From contig CAXXWQ010000004.1 in NCBI GenBank assembly GCA_963674945.2, forward strand, positions 160,001-224,000: 64,000 nt of DNA. The letters are read 5' to 3'. The notes under the pieces were generated by a model. It was not told where the DNA came from. It did no database searches and saw only the letters and a program-made list of their open reading frames with translations. Origin of the DNA: an uncultured Desulfosarcina sp. (lineage in GTDB: Bacteria; Desulfobacterota; Desulfobacteria; Desulfobacterales; Desulfosarcinaceae). The position numbers and the translations under genes were made by a program. Of the stretch, positions 1 to 10,143 are shown in pieces; within the stretch, counting starts at the first letter, position 1, and every line of letters starts with the position of its first letter.

Positions 1-27
1 AAGCTCAACTTTTATGAGTTGTCTCAT
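1..27 (-). CDS. 5' fragment of next gene (MRQLIKVEL...), possibly fliA by synteny
   Basis: ATG at 27 with GAGGA RBS just after the flhG stop; runs off the window; flhA-flhF-flhG is commonly followed by fliA. Confidence 0.3.
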
Positions 28-42
28 CTTTCCTCGCTCTGC

Positions 43-930
43 TCATAAAAGATCCTGCCCGATCAACGGACGGTTATCGTTTTCATCGTTAAACGGTTGT
101 GACCGCAAGAGCTTGTGAACCAGCTCTGAAAAATCCCTGCTGGCTTGCGTCATTGGGGCCATCTCGCTGACGACTTTTTGTTTTTTAACACCCACTTTCA
201 CTTTTTCATCGATCAAAACACTTCCAAAATATTCGATGGAAACATCCAGAAATCGATCCGCAACGAGACAGAGTTGCCGGCTGACTTCGTCGGCTTCTCT
301 ACTATCCTTTGCCAGGTTGACGAGCAACCGGAAGTGTTTCTGCTGATATCGCACGGACAAAATCTTCATCAACGCATATGCATCGGTGATGGAAGTGGGT
401 TCCGGTGTTACGACGACCATGATTTCGTTTGCCATTGCAGCAAAGTAGAGGACATTGGATGAAATCCCGGCGGCCGTGTCGATCAGCACGACATCGTAAT
501 CGCACACCAATTCATTGAGCTTCTGCATGATCGCTTCTTGCTGATCGGATGTCAGCCGGGTGAGTTCCTGAATTCCGGACGACGCAGGAAGAATCTTCAA
601 ATTTCCAGGCCCCGAAACGATGATCTCGGAAAGGGTTTTCGTGCCTTCGATCACGTGGGATAGATTATACTTGGGCACCAGTCCCAAAAGGACATCGAGA
701 TTTCCCAATCCCAGGTCCGCATCGAAGATAAGAACGCGTTTTCCCATCTTGCACAGGGAGTATCCCAAATTGGCAACGATGTTTGTTTTTCCAACCCCAC
801 CTTTGCCACTTGCGATGGATATGACCCGTGTCATAAAAGCTTTACGTCTATTTTTTTTCGATAAAGAATTTTTCTTGCTTCTGATTTGATTCAACCGAAT
901 AATCTGACCGGTGTTGGTAGAATTTGGCAT
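43..930 (-). CDS. flhG: MinD/ParA-like flagellar number regulator FlhG (FleN)
   Basis: Deviant Walker A SGKGGVGKT, DADLGLGNLD, DTAAG, PEPTSITDAYALMK; follows flhF; start placed at ATG 930 behind AGGAG. Confidence 0.93.
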   Translation of the reverse strand: MPNSTNTGQIIRLNQIRSKKNSLSKKNRRKAFMTRVISIASGKGGVGKTNIVANLGYSLCKMGKRVLIFDADLGLGNLDVLLGLVPKYNLSHVIEGTKTLSEIIVSGPGNLKILPASSGIQELTRLTSDQQEAIMQKLNELVCDYDVVLIDTAAGISSNVLYFAAMANEIMVVVTPEPTSITDAYALMKILSVRYQQKHFRLLVNLAKDSREADEVSRQLCLVADRFLDVSIEYFGSVLIDEKVKVGVKKQKVVSEMAPMTQASRDFSELVHKLLRSQPFNDENDNRPLIGQDLL

Positions 931-949
931 TGCCGTTGGTTCTCCTGGA

Positions 950-2359
950 TTAAAGGGCTTTTGCTCGTTGAAAATGAAACGATTCGGTTTCCGTCTTTTC
1001 GGCAAAAAAATCGGCGCAACACGCCTGGCACGGTTTGAAACCATGGGTTATGGCTTTTTCCATGCTGCTAAATGTGGTAACGTTTCGCGTCTTCATTTTC
1101 GTAACCGATATGCAATCGGGACGGTGAAACAATTCTGAATTTCGATTGACGATAAAGTTATCACCTTCACCGTCAGGAGTATTTTCCATTGGTGAAAAAT
1201 GGTTTGCACCGCCAGATGGTAAATCATCTATTGTTTTTCCATTTGCCGATTTTTTATTCGTAGCATCCTCCGAGGCCCACATCGATGCGGCCTCTTTCAA
1301 CCCGTCGAACAAATTCGCCCCATCACCGAAGAATGAGGAAGGAATCTTCGCATTTTCCAATGCTTTTTGTATCCAACAAGTCTGAAAATACTCATCTACG
1401 TGAGTAAAGAGAAGTCTATCTACACCAAGAGGAGAGAAGGCATCGATATTCTTTGCCGTTATCTCCTCACGAACGGTGGCATTTACCACCATATGGATTT
1501 CATCCGGATTTGCCAAATCGAGAAGGTTCCCAAGATCATCAATTTTGGTCTCTTCTATATTGTCTATTCCAGGAGTATCTATGAGAACAACCTGCGCCTT
1601 ATCAAACTGCTTCATCGCACGATGCATCTGATCTTTATCATGCACAACCGATAAGGGGATTCCCATTATTTTCGCCACACCCGTGAGAAGGCCATTACCG
1701 CCAATTCGAAATCGATCGAGGCTGATGAGTGCCGTTGGCCTCTTCTCGTTTACATGACAATGCCAGGCCAGTTTGGCTATCGTGGTGCTCTTTCCCACAC
1801 CACATGAACCGACCAGTGCGATAATTTTACGGCAGGTGGCATTCCGATAAAATGGGGGGGCGATCAAATGCGTTGCGCCGCAGGAATGCTGCGCTGGACC
1901 GAATGTTTTCGCGGCCGCCACATATGAGCGCACCGGCTTTCTTGAACTTTCCTTTTTCTTTTGTTCCGGATCAGATAACGGGGGCAGGGTCTTTGCACCA
2001 TCCTTTTTGAAAAAGCATGACGATGGTGCTGTTGAAAGAGATGTAACGGATTTTTGTCGTGACCCTTTGGTTTTTTGCGCATTTGCTTTGCTGGAAAGGG
2101 AAACGCGATCGGTTTCTGAATCCGCTTCCAGCTGTTTTGAAAGTTCGCTGGAAAAAGAGTTGCAGTCCGTATCGATATCCGCGTCTTTCATATAATCGAC
2201 GGCAGCGGTAATCTCAACGCTCTTTTTCTTCAACGGGTTGAAAAAACCTCCCAATCGAATTTCCTTGGCCGACAAAATCACTGCCTCTTCGCCGAACTCG
2301 TCTTTTACCAGGCGAAGTGCTTCTGTCATGTCGGCTGCTTCAAAGCGCTTAACTTGCAT
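950..2359 (-). CDS. flhF: SRP-family GTPase FlhF with C-terminal Ada-like metal-binding domain
   Basis: N-term MQVKRFEAADMTEALRLVKDEFGEEAVILS; GxxGVGKSTT, DRFRIG, DTPG; C-term FHRPDC...GFKPCQAC; ATG 2359 with GGAGG. Confidence 0.9.
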   Translation of the reverse strand: MQVKRFEAADMTEALRLVKDEFGEEAVILSAKEIRLGGFFNPLKKKSVEITAAVDYMKDADIDTDCNSFSSELSKQLEADSETDRVSLSSKANAQKTKGSRQKSVTSLSTAPSSCFFKKDGAKTLPPLSDPEQKKKESSRKPVRSYVAAAKTFGPAQHSCGATHLIAPPFYRNATCRKIIALVGSCGVGKSTTIAKLAWHCHVNEKRPTALISLDRFRIGGNGLLTGVAKIMGIPLSVVHDKDQMHRAMKQFDKAQVVLIDTPGIDNIEETKIDDLGNLLDLANPDEIHMVVNATVREEITAKNIDAFSPLGVDRLLFTHVDEYFQTCWIQKALENAKIPSSFFGDGANLFDGLKEAASMWASEDATNKKSANGKTIDDLPSGGANHFSPMENTPDGEGDNFIVNRNSELFHRPDCISVTKMKTRNVTTFSSMEKAITHGFKPCQACCADFFAEKTETESFHFQRAKAL

Positions 2360-4460
2360 CTGAGGCCTCCACGTTTCCCACGATATGGATCTTGGCACTG
2401 CTAACAATCTCGTCGTAGGAAAGTATTGTCAGTCCGGGAACGAATCGATCCGTCAATTTTTTAAACTGACCGCGAATGTGGGCCGAACAAACCAAAATGG
2501 GCTGTGTATCCAAGGACTTGAAATCTTCCATTTTCACGGTCAGGTCATCCATAATCGATTTCGCATATGCCGGATCAATGGCAATAAATTGTCCTTGATC
2601 GCTTTTTTGCATGCTTTCGATGACTTTTCGTTCCACCCGCTGATCCAGGGTGAGCACGTGGAGTTTTCCTTCTTCCGTCTGATATAGACGCGTAATCGTG
2701 CGTGCCAGTGACTGTCGCACGTGCTCCGTCAACATATCCAGGTTTTTGGTACTCGGTGCCCAATCAGCAAGCGTTTCCACGATCGTTAGAAGATCCCTTA
2801 CAGGTACTTGTTCCACCAACAGATTCTGTATCACACGAACAACGCCGCCGAGGGTAACGAGGTTGGGAACCAGTTCCTCGACAACCTTTGGATGACTGTT
2901 TTTGAGAGTGTCCAACATCCGCTGAACTTCCTGCCGGCCAACCAGTTCATGTGCGTGACGGCGAATCACATCGGAAATATGTGTGGTCATGATCGTGGGC
3001 AGGTCCACCACGATGTACCCTTTGGAAGAGGCATCATCACGAGCCGATGGTTTGATCCAATAGGCCTGTAGCCCGTATGTGGGCTCACGGGTTGCCATTC
3101 CGTTGATTTTGGCACCCACATTTCCAGGATTCATTGCCATGAGGTGGTTGACCATCAGTTCACCGCTAGCGATCTCGATTCCCTTCAACATGATGGAATA
3201 AGCCCCCGGTTTCAGTTTCATGTTATCCTGGATATGGATGGATGGAACGATGATGCCGATCTCTTGGGCAATCTGAAGGCGAATCGATTTGATGCGCTGT
3301 AAAAGTTCCCCATTTTGTTCAGTATCCACAAGCGGGATGAGACCATATCCCACCTCAAGGGCCAATACATCTACTGGAGGCAGAGGCTTAAAAACTTCAG
3401 GCTGCGTTTCCTTCGCCTCCGTTTCCTGCCGCAGGGCCAACTCTTCAGACGCAAGGACTTTTTCTTGCTGTGTTTGGCGAATCAAGTAGGAAACGAAACC
3501 GGCGGTAACGGACAGGATGAGAAATGGAAGTGTCGGCAACCCGGGGACCAACGCCAGACCGATAAGAATCGCGGAGGCGACCCCAAAGGCTCTGGGTTGA
3601 ACCAGCAGTTGCCCTCCGATCTCCAAACCCAGACTCTTGTCTGACCCGGCCCGCGTGACGATGATACCGGCAGCGGTTGAAATGATAAGGGCCGGTATCT
3701 GGCTGACCAGCCCATCCCCAACGGTAAGAAGGGTATAGGTCTGTGCCGCATCAAAGAAGTTCATGTCTTTTTGGAACACACCGATGGCAAACCCGGCAAG
3801 GATGTTGACCAGTGTAATAATGATTCCGGCAATGGCATCACCGCGAACAAACTTGTTGGCACCATCCATTGCACCGTAATACTCTGCTTCCTTGCTGATC
3901 TGTTCCCGTCGTTCCCTTGCCTCGGCCTCTTCGATGAGTCCGGCATTCAAATCCGCATCGATAGCCATCTGTTTGCCGGGCATGGCGTCCAGCGTGAATC
4001 GTGCCGCCACTTCTGCAATCCTGCCGGCCCCTTTGGTAATGACCATGAAGTTGATCACTACGAGAATGATGAATACGATCAATCCGACCAAGAAGTTGCC
4101 ACCAACCACAAAATTACCGAAGGCCATGATCACCTTACCGGCAGCGTGGGTTCCCTCGTGGCCGTGGAGCAGGATCATCCGTGTGGAGGCAACGTTCAAA
4201 GAAAGACGAAACAAAGTAGAAAGCAAAAGCAATGAGGGAAAGGAAGATAGATCCAATGGTTTGAGCACATACATGCCCACCAACAAGATGATCAGGGAGA
4301 AAGTGATGTTGAAGGACAAAAACAGGTCCAACATCATTGTTGGAATGGGGATCACCATGATCATCAAAATTGCCATGGCGGCCAATCCCATCATTACATC
4401 GGTATTTTGCGTAATGAAGGCAAACCGGTCGAGAAAAGTTTTGCGTTGTGCAAGTTCCAT
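2349..4460 (-). CDS. flhA: Flagellar export protein FlhA
   Basis: FHIPEP signature RIAEVAARFTLDAMPGKQMAIDADL, GAMDGANKFVRGDAIAG; 703 aa. Confidence 0.98.
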   Translation of the reverse strand: MELAQRKTFLDRFAFITQNTDVMMGLAAMAILMIMVIPIPTMMLDLFLSFNITFSLIILLVGMYVLKPLDLSSFPSLLLLSTLFRLSLNVASTRMILLHGHEGTHAAGKVIMAFGNFVVGGNFLVGLIVFIILVVINFMVITKGAGRIAEVAARFTLDAMPGKQMAIDADLNAGLIEEAEARERREQISKEAEYYGAMDGANKFVRGDAIAGIIITLVNILAGFAIGVFQKDMNFFDAAQTYTLLTVGDGLVSQIPALIISTAAGIIVTRAGSDKSLGLEIGGQLLVQPRAFGVASAILIGLALVPGLPTLPFLILSVTAGFVSYLIRQTQQEKVLASEELALRQETEAKETQPEVFKPLPPVDVLALEVGYGLIPLVDTEQNGELLQRIKSIRLQIAQEIGIIVPSIHIQDNMKLKPGAYSIMLKGIEIASGELMVNHLMAMNPGNVGAKINGMATREPTYGLQAYWIKPSARDDASSKGYIVVDLPTIMTTHISDVIRRHAHELVGRQEVQRMLDTLKNSHPKVVEELVPNLVTLGGVVRVIQNLLVEQVPVRDLLTIVETLADWAPSTKNLDMLTEHVRQSLARTITRLYQTEEGKLHVLTLDQRVERKVIESMQKSDQGQFIAIDPAYAKSIMDDLTVKMEDFKSLDTQPILVCSAHIRGQFKKLTDRFVPGLTILSYDEIVSSAKIHIVGNVEASDAS

Positions 4461-4508
4461 GGTGTGTGTAAGGGCTCCTAGCGGTCGTGTCGGTTAGACA
4501 GCTGAAAA

Positions 4509-4525
4509 AGCATTTTCCATGCCCA
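4509..4525 (-). promoter_or_regulatory. sigma54 -24/-12 promoter for flhA-flhF-flhG
   Basis: Minus strand TGGGCATGGAAAATGCT = GG-N10-GC, ~50 bp upstream of flhA. Confidence 0.7.
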
Positions 4526-4654
4526 GAAATGTCTTTTTTCGAATGACCAAACGAATAAGTTTATAAAATCTCGGTAATATTATAGATTTTTATTGTTGAA
4601 GCGATCTATGGGAGTCTGTTTTCGCGGTTTTGCACCGATGGGAAAAACCGAAGC

Positions 4655-4668
4655 GTCAATTTTTTGTC
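4655..4668. promoter_or_regulatory. FleQ-type activator box (1 mismatch)
   Basis: GTCA-ATTTTT-TGTC, ~135 bp upstream of the flhA -24 element. Confidence 0.45.
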
Positions 4669-4717
4669 CGATCGCCAATTCGGCGAAATAATATGGATGG
4701 ATACATAAACGATCGTA

Positions 4718-5782
4718 TTAGCTGACATGTCCCTTGAGCCTGTACACATAGGCAAGGATTTCCGCCACCGCCTGGTATAGTTCCACGGGAATAAAATCAC
4801 CGATTTCGGTAGATTTGAACATGGCCCTTGCCAGTGGTTTATTTTCCACCAGTGGCACATCGTTTTCCTTTGCGATGGCCTTTATCTTCTGGGCGACGTA
4901 ACCTGCTCCTTTGGCAACGACCCTGGGCGCTGGCAAGCCTTCATCGTATTTCAGGGCAATCGCCAGATGGGTGGGGTTGGTGATCACCACCGTCGCTTCC
5001 GGAACCGCCTCCATCATCCGCTTTCTGGCCATTTCCCGTTGTACCGCACGGATTCGGGCCTTGACCTTTGGATCACCCTCCCGGTTCTTGTATTCGTCCT
5101 TGACCTCCTGTTTGGTCATCCGCAGGTCCTTTTTGTACTGCCATTTCGAATAGGTAAAATCCGCCACGGCAAGCAATACCAGAGCGAGACAGACATAGAA
5201 ACAGACCTGGAAGGAGACATGACCGATGAAAGACAAGATCTGTGGAACGTTTAGTTGCATGAGGCCGGGAATCTGATCCTGGTATCGTTGAACGACGGCA
5301 TAGGCAACACCGCCGATGATCACCAGCTTTATGATGGATTTGAAAAGCTCCACCAAAGAATTCAGTGAAACGAATTTCTTGATGCCCTTGATGGGATCGA
5401 GTTTGGTAATATTAAATTTTAACTTTTCACCGGTGATCAGAAAACCGAACTGGGCCACGTTTCCGACCACGCCGGCAACAAGAACCGGCACCATCAGCGG
5501 TAGTAATACGGTAGCGCAGCTCAGGAACATCTCCCAGAGCAATTCGTTCATATTTCCCGGCACCATATGCAAGGTCCCTGCCCGCTGGTACATGCCGCGC
5601 ATGGTGTTGATCAGATGATCGAGTATCCAGGAGCCGGCAAAAAATAGGACGCCGATGCTGGAGAAGAGAATCAATACCGATGGAATTTCCTTGGTCTGGG
5701 CCACGTTGCCCTTGTGTCGGGCATCGGAAAGTTTCTTTCCGGTCGGTTGTTCGGTTTTTTCCTGGCTCGAATCACCTGACAT
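4718..5782 (-). CDS. flhB: Flagellar export switch protein FlhB
   Basis: EKTEQPT N-terminus, MTKQEVKDEYKNREGDP, NPTH autocleavage motif. Confidence 0.98.
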   Translation of the reverse strand: MSGDSSQEKTEQPTGKKLSDARHKGNVAQTKEIPSVLILFSSIGVLFFAGSWILDHLINTMRGMYQRAGTLHMVPGNMNELLWEMFLSCATVLLPLMVPVLVAGVVGNVAQFGFLITGEKLKFNITKLDPIKGIKKFVSLNSLVELFKSIIKLVIIGGVAYAVVQRYQDQIPGLMQLNVPQILSFIGHVSFQVCFYVCLALVLLAVADFTYSKWQYKKDLRMTKQEVKDEYKNREGDPKVKARIRAVQREMARKRMMEAVPEATVVITNPTHLAIALKYDEGLPAPRVVAKGAGYVAQKIKAIAKENDVPLVENKPLARAMFKSTEIGDFIPVELYQAVAEILAYVYRLKGHVS

Positions 5783-5785
5783 ATA

Positions 5786-6574
5786 TCACCTCGGGGCCAT
5801 CAATCGAATCACATCAACGAGCGTCACTTGATAGGAGGAGAATAGATCTATCAGAAAAGCTGTCAGATACGGAGCGACGACGACCATGAAAATCAGCCCG
5901 ATGACGATCTTGAGCGGCATGGCGACGATGAAGACATTCATTTGAGGAACGGTACGTGCCACCAGTCCGAGACCCACTGTCACCACCAACAAGGCGGTAA
6001 TCAACGGAGCCCCCACCTTGATGGCGACGATAAACATATTGGTTGCCAGTTTCATGATCATCTCAACCAATTGAGGGTTCATATGCATGGTCAATGGCGG
6101 GAGTATCGTGTAGCTGTCCACAAGAGCCCAGAAAAACATGTGGTGGGCGTTTATGGCCAAAAAGACCAGCATCGCCGTCAAGTTGTAAATCTGGGCAATG
6201 ATGGGGATCTGCATGCTGGATGCGGGATCGATCACGTTTGCCACGGCAAACCCCATCTGGTAGCCGACCATCTGCCCGGCCAGTTGGATACCGGCGAAAA
6301 GCAGTTTAACGGTCATGCCGATGGTTACACCGATGGCAACCTCGGAGATTATACCGATCACGAAGGTGAACAGGGTCAGATCCGAAACGGTAACGATTGT
6401 CTTGACCGTCGGAAGCACCAGAACGCTGACGGCAAGGGCGAGACCCGCCTTGAACACAACGGGAATACTACTGGATTCCAAGATGGGTGCTGTGAAGATG
6501 ATGGCCGCCACGCGAAGAAATACGAGGATCAGGCCGTAGAACAGATCCATGGGGATGTTAAGGGTCGCCATCAT
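5786..6574 (-). CDS. fliR: Flagellar export protein FliR
   Basis: Hydrophobic; AGQMVGYQMGF, ARTVPQMNVFIVAMPLK; between fliQ and flhB. Confidence 0.96.
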   Translation of the reverse strand: MMATLNIPMDLFYGLILVFLRVAAIIFTAPILESSSIPVVFKAGLALAVSVLVLPTVKTIVTVSDLTLFTFVIGIISEVAIGVTIGMTVKLLFAGIQLAGQMVGYQMGFAVANVIDPASSMQIPIIAQIYNLTAMLVFLAINAHHMFFWALVDSYTILPPLTMHMNPQLVEMIMKLATNMFIVAIKVGAPLITALLVVTVGLGLVARTVPQMNVFIVAMPLKIVIGLIFMVVVAPYLTAFLIDLFSSYQVTLVDVIRLMAPR

Positions 6575-6596
6575 GCTTCACCCCAGCGTCGCATGT

Positions 6597-6866
6597 TCAA
6601 CGGATGTAGCTGGGCAGACTGGTGAAAAGATTCTGGGTAAACCCGATGATCAAATCCATCATCCATGGAAAGAAAAACAAAAGTGCCAGTCCCACACATA
6701 ACATCTTGGGAACGAAGACCAGGGTCATCTCGTTTATGGAAGTGGCCGCCTGAAACATGCTGACCAGCACACCGGTGATCAGCCCTACGGCCAGCATGGG
6801 AGCGGCCAGAAGAATGGCGGTCTTTATGGCCTCCATGAAAAATCCGGTAACGAATTCAGGGGTCAT
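6597..6866 (-). CDS. fliQ: Flagellar export protein FliQ
   Basis: 89 aa, VSMFQAATSINEMTLVFVPK. Confidence 0.96.
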   Translation of the reverse strand: MTPEFVTGFFMEAIKTAILLAAPMLAVGLITGVLVSMFQAATSINEMTLVFVPKMLCVGLALLFFFPWMMDLIIGFTQNLFTSLPSYIR

Positions 6867-6878
6867 GGGAATCTCCTT

Positions 6879-7685
6879 CTAAGCGAAGCTCTTCACCAGT
6901 GATCCGACGATCAGATACCAACCGTCGGAAAGTACGAAAATCATCAATTTAAAGGGCAAGGAAACCATAATCGGTGGCAGCATCATCATGCCCATGGAAA
7001 GCAAGACACTGGCCACCACCATATCGATGATCAAAAAAGGAACATATAACATGAATCCGATCTGAAAGGCCGTCTTGAGTTCACTGATGATAAATGCCGG
7101 TATCAATACCGTTGTAGGGACTTCACCCACATTGGCGGGACGCTTCATTTTGGCAATGCCAACAAGAAGCGAAAGATCTTTCTCCCGCGTCTGGGAGATC
7201 ATGAACTTGCGAATGGGTTCGACGGCCTCGGTCAGGGCTTGATTTTGATCGATCTTCTTTTCAATCAGGGGCTGAAGGGCGTTATCATTAACCTGATGCC
7301 AGACCGGCGCCATCACGTAAAAAGTCAAGAACAGGGATAACCCGATAACCACTTGGTTTGGCGGCAGTTGGTTGGTTCCCATGGCCTGACGCAGCAGGGA
7401 AAATACGATTGCGATGCGGGTAAAGGAGGTCAGCATGATGAGGATCGAAGGCGCCAAAGAGAGCACGGTCATCAGCAGAAACAATTGCATGACCATCGCC
7501 ACTTTGCCCTGATTGTCCCCTTGATCGAGGCCGATGCTGACCAATGGTGCGGCACTTTGCGCCCATGCGGCGCCGGCAAACAAGACCGTGCCGACCACAA
7601 TGAGCAGAATCAGCAACAACCGGGCCTTGTCCTTGTCACCGTTGTGTATACGAGATGTCGGTAAAGGAGTGGTAGTGGCGCTCAC
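6879..7685 (-). CDS. fliP: Flagellar export protein FliP
   Basis: MLTSFTRIAIVFSLLRQAMG, PAFIISELKTAFQIGF, MGMMMLPP, LPFKL. Confidence 0.98.
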   Translation of the reverse strand: MSATTTPLPTSRIHNGDKDKARLLLILLIVVGTVLFAGAAWAQSAAPLVSIGLDQGDNQGKVAMVMQLFLLMTVLSLAPSILIMLTSFTRIAIVFSLLRQAMGTNQLPPNQVVIGLSLFLTFYVMAPVWHQVNDNALQPLIEKKIDQNQALTEAVEPIRKFMISQTREKDLSLLVGIAKMKRPANVGEVPTTVLIPAFIISELKTAFQIGFMLYVPFLIIDMVVASVLLSMGMMMLPPIMVSLPFKLMIFVLSDGWYLIVGSLVKSFA

Positions 7686-8059
7686 GATGGGTTCCTTCCC
7701 CGAAAACCACTGCCGATTTTCTTCAATCGGTCGGTCAACATCGGTCCGAAAGCGGAAGCTTCCTTGGATGACGGATCCGGATCGACACTTGACTCATCGA
7801 GGGTATCCAAAAGCGTGATGTTGTCTCCACAGACGCCGACAACCAGTACCCTGCCCGGCACATGCACCAGGGAGATATTCTTTTTTGCCCCCATGTAATG
7901 GCTCTCGATGACCCGGATCTGCCGACCGACACGGGATGTCAGTCGTTGGCGGGTCATTTTCTTGATACCATATAAGAGAAAAAACATGACGGCCAACACC
8001 GCCCCCAAAGAGGCGATCATTTTCAATCCAGCCGTCACCATGTCCGGCGTACCGTTCAT
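7682..8059 (-). CDS. fliO: Flagellar protein FliO
   Basis: N-terminal TM helix then IRVIESHYMGAKKNISLVHV...VLVVGV; between fliN and fliP. Confidence 0.9.
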   Translation of the reverse strand: MNGTPDMVTAGLKMIASLGAVLAVMFFLLYGIKKMTRQRLTSRVGRQIRVIESHYMGAKKNISLVHVPGRVLVVGVCGDNITLLDTLDESSVDPDPSSKEASAFGPMLTDRLKKIGSGFRGRNPS

Positions 8060-8430
8060 CCCAGCTTCTCCAATCGTTCTACGGGACTGATCACTTCCGT
8101 TAATCGGATGCCGTACTTCTTGTTCACAACGACCACATCCCCTTTGGCGATCAGCCGGTTGTTTGCCAGAATTTCCAGAGTATCGCCAGCTTCCTTCGTC
8201 AATTCGATGACCGAGCCCTGGCCCAGCTTCAGTAAATCATTGATTAGCATTTTCGTTCGCCCCAACTCGATGGTGATCTCAAGCGGAATATCGAGCAGCA
8301 GATCCAGGTTGGTATTTCCCCCCTCACCACCGGCATCTTGGGTCTTCGATGGTTTCGTGCTGGATGGTGCACCTGCGGCTTTTTCATCGGCACCCGGTTC
8401 GATGGCAGATTGCGGATGATTGTCGGCCAT
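8056..8430 (-). CDS. fliN: C-ring protein FliN
   Basis: LDLLLDIPLEITIELGRT...GDVVVVNKKYGIRLTE SpoA domain. Confidence 0.96.
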   Translation of the reverse strand: MADNHPQSAIEPGADEKAAGAPSSTKPSKTQDAGGEGGNTNLDLLLDIPLEITIELGRTKMLINDLLKLGQGSVIELTKEAGDTLEILANNRLIAKGDVVVVNKKYGIRLTEVISPVERLEKLG

Positions 8431-8432
8431 GT

Positions 8433-9416
8433 TTACCTCTTTGTCTGTTCCGTATCCACCAATTCGGTGATTTGTACGGCTTTGTTCCCCTTGACGACAC
8501 CAGGCATCCCATAGAATTTGGGAACCTTCTCAATGTTCACCACGACATTGTTCTCGGGACCGGTATTCAAGCGAAGAATGTCATTTACTTCGAAATTCAG
8601 GATTTCCTGGACGGAGTAGACACTTTTTCCGAGTTCGGCAACGATCTTGACCTCGGTCCTTCCAAGCAGGTTCCGAATCTCATCTCCGAAGGAGCTGGCA
8701 CGATCCTTTTCACGAAGGTAATTGGAGCTGAGCTGATCCTTTATTGGTTCAAGCATCAGGTACGGCAAACATAGATGTATATTTCCTGAAAACGATTCGG
8801 TACTGATGGCGAAGACAACGATGATGAGCTGATCACTTGGGTTGACCAAGTAGACGAACTCTGGTTTCGTCTCAATTTTGCGCAATGAGAGGCGAACGCG
8901 ATAGGCGACGTCCCAGGCGGTCTCCATATCCGAAAGGAATGCATTGGCAATTTTCTGAAGCATCCTTTTCTCGATGGTGGTAAACTCCCGAATTTTCTCT
9001 ATTGGTTTTCCTTCTCCGCCGAACATACAGTCGATCAGGAGAAAAACCAAATCGGGTTCAAATGCCATGAGTGCCGATCCGATCAACGGTTCCATACCGA
9101 AAATGATGAACCCCGTCGGATTGGAGAACGCTTTAATAAACTCACCGAATTTGACCGTTTCCCTTGAGATGATTTTTACTGAAATCACGCGCTGGAAAAG
9201 GCTGGAAAGTGTCGTCTGAAAAAGGTTTATGAACTTATCATACACTTCATCCAGCGCATCAAACTGGCCACGCTGCATGATATTTTGGGCGGTGAGATCG
9301 TAGGGACGGACTTCGACTTCGACTTCCTGTTTTTCTTCTACGACATCGAGTTCGCCTTTGTCCATGGCAGACAACAGCGCATCGATTTCCTCCTGGGATA
9401 GGATCTGATCAGCCAT
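8433..9416 (-). CDS. fliM: C-ring protein FliM
   Basis: CheY-binding ILSQEEIDALL, MFGGEG, REFT, C-terminal SpoA domain. Confidence 0.97.
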   Translation of the reverse strand: MADQILSQEEIDALLSAMDKGELDVVEEKQEVEVEVRPYDLTAQNIMQRGQFDALDEVYDKFINLFQTTLSSLFQRVISVKIISRETVKFGEFIKAFSNPTGFIIFGMEPLIGSALMAFEPDLVFLLIDCMFGGEGKPIEKIREFTTIEKRMLQKIANAFLSDMETAWDVAYRVRLSLRKIETKPEFVYLVNPSDQLIIVVFAISTESFSGNIHLCLPYLMLEPIKDQLSSNYLREKDRASSFGDEIRNLLGRTEVKIVAELGKSVYSVQEILNFEVNDILRLNTGPENNVVVNIEKVPKFYGMPGVVKGNKAVQITELVDTEQTKR

Positions 9417-9425
9417 GGTCGATTC

Positions 9426-9881
9426 CTATTGCACGACGAATTCAGTAAAGTAGATATTTTTGACGCTTCCGACGGTGATCAGTTCGTTGATCTTCTCCAT
9501 AATCTCGGTCCGAAGGGCAATCTTTCCTTCGGTCGTTCCTACATCCTCGTAGGTCTTTGTCGGCAGTACCGTCAATATGGCATCACGAACCTGTGGAAGC
9601 CGGCTTTCAATGGTTAACGTGACCTCCGGGTCGCTGAGTTCCAATGCCATGGTCACACGAAGATAGCGTTTCCCCCCATGATCGGCCAAGTTAACGATCA
9701 TCGTATCCAAAGAGTACAAAGGACCCATAGCGGCCTCTTCCTCTTCGGGCATGTTTTCAACCATCGCCGAATTTTGTGGCATCTGGGAAATCTTGTTCCA
9801 TAGAATAAAAAAGCCGGCCCCCATCATTGCCATGAAAAGAAAGATAACCGTAGAGATTATCGTAATAACGGTTTTCGACAT
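9426..9881 (-). CDS. fliL: Flagellar basal body protein FliL
   Basis: N-terminal TM, IVNLAD...RYLRV, C-term IYFTEFVVQ. Confidence 0.96.
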   Translation of the reverse strand: MSKTVITIISTVIFLFMAMMGAGFFILWNKISQMPQNSAMVENMPEEEEAAMGPLYSLDTMIVNLADHGGKRYLRVTMALELSDPEVTLTIESRLPQVRDAILTVLPTKTYEDVGTTEGKIALRTEIMEKINELITVGSVKNIYFTEFVVQ

Positions 9882-9952
9882 ATATCGCCCTCCGTCGAAG
9901 GATAGGATCGAAATGGATGAATCGGAACAGCCAATTAACTTCGGATAAGATT

Positions 9953-9968
9953 AGCAGGTTGTGTGCCA
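9953..9968 (-). promoter_or_regulatory. sigma54 promoter for fliL-flhB operon
   Basis: Minus strand TGGCACACAACCTGCT = GG-N10-GC. Confidence 0.8.
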
Positions 9969-10143
9969 ATTGCGATCAGCAGGCCAAAACAAATAGGCGA
10001 TCGTCGATAAAGCCGCCGCCGAATCGCCAAACCACGCACAATTTCGATGGTTCATACCGAAAAAGCTGTTTCGGCAACGGTTTTCAACTGCGAAGGGTAG
10101 CGGTCAGGAAGATGAAATGAAGTGTCAATTATCGATATGAGGA

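Noticed and set aside
931..1044. N-terminal extension of the FlhG ORF
   Set aside because: Overlaps the flhF 3' end; ATG 930 has a good RBS
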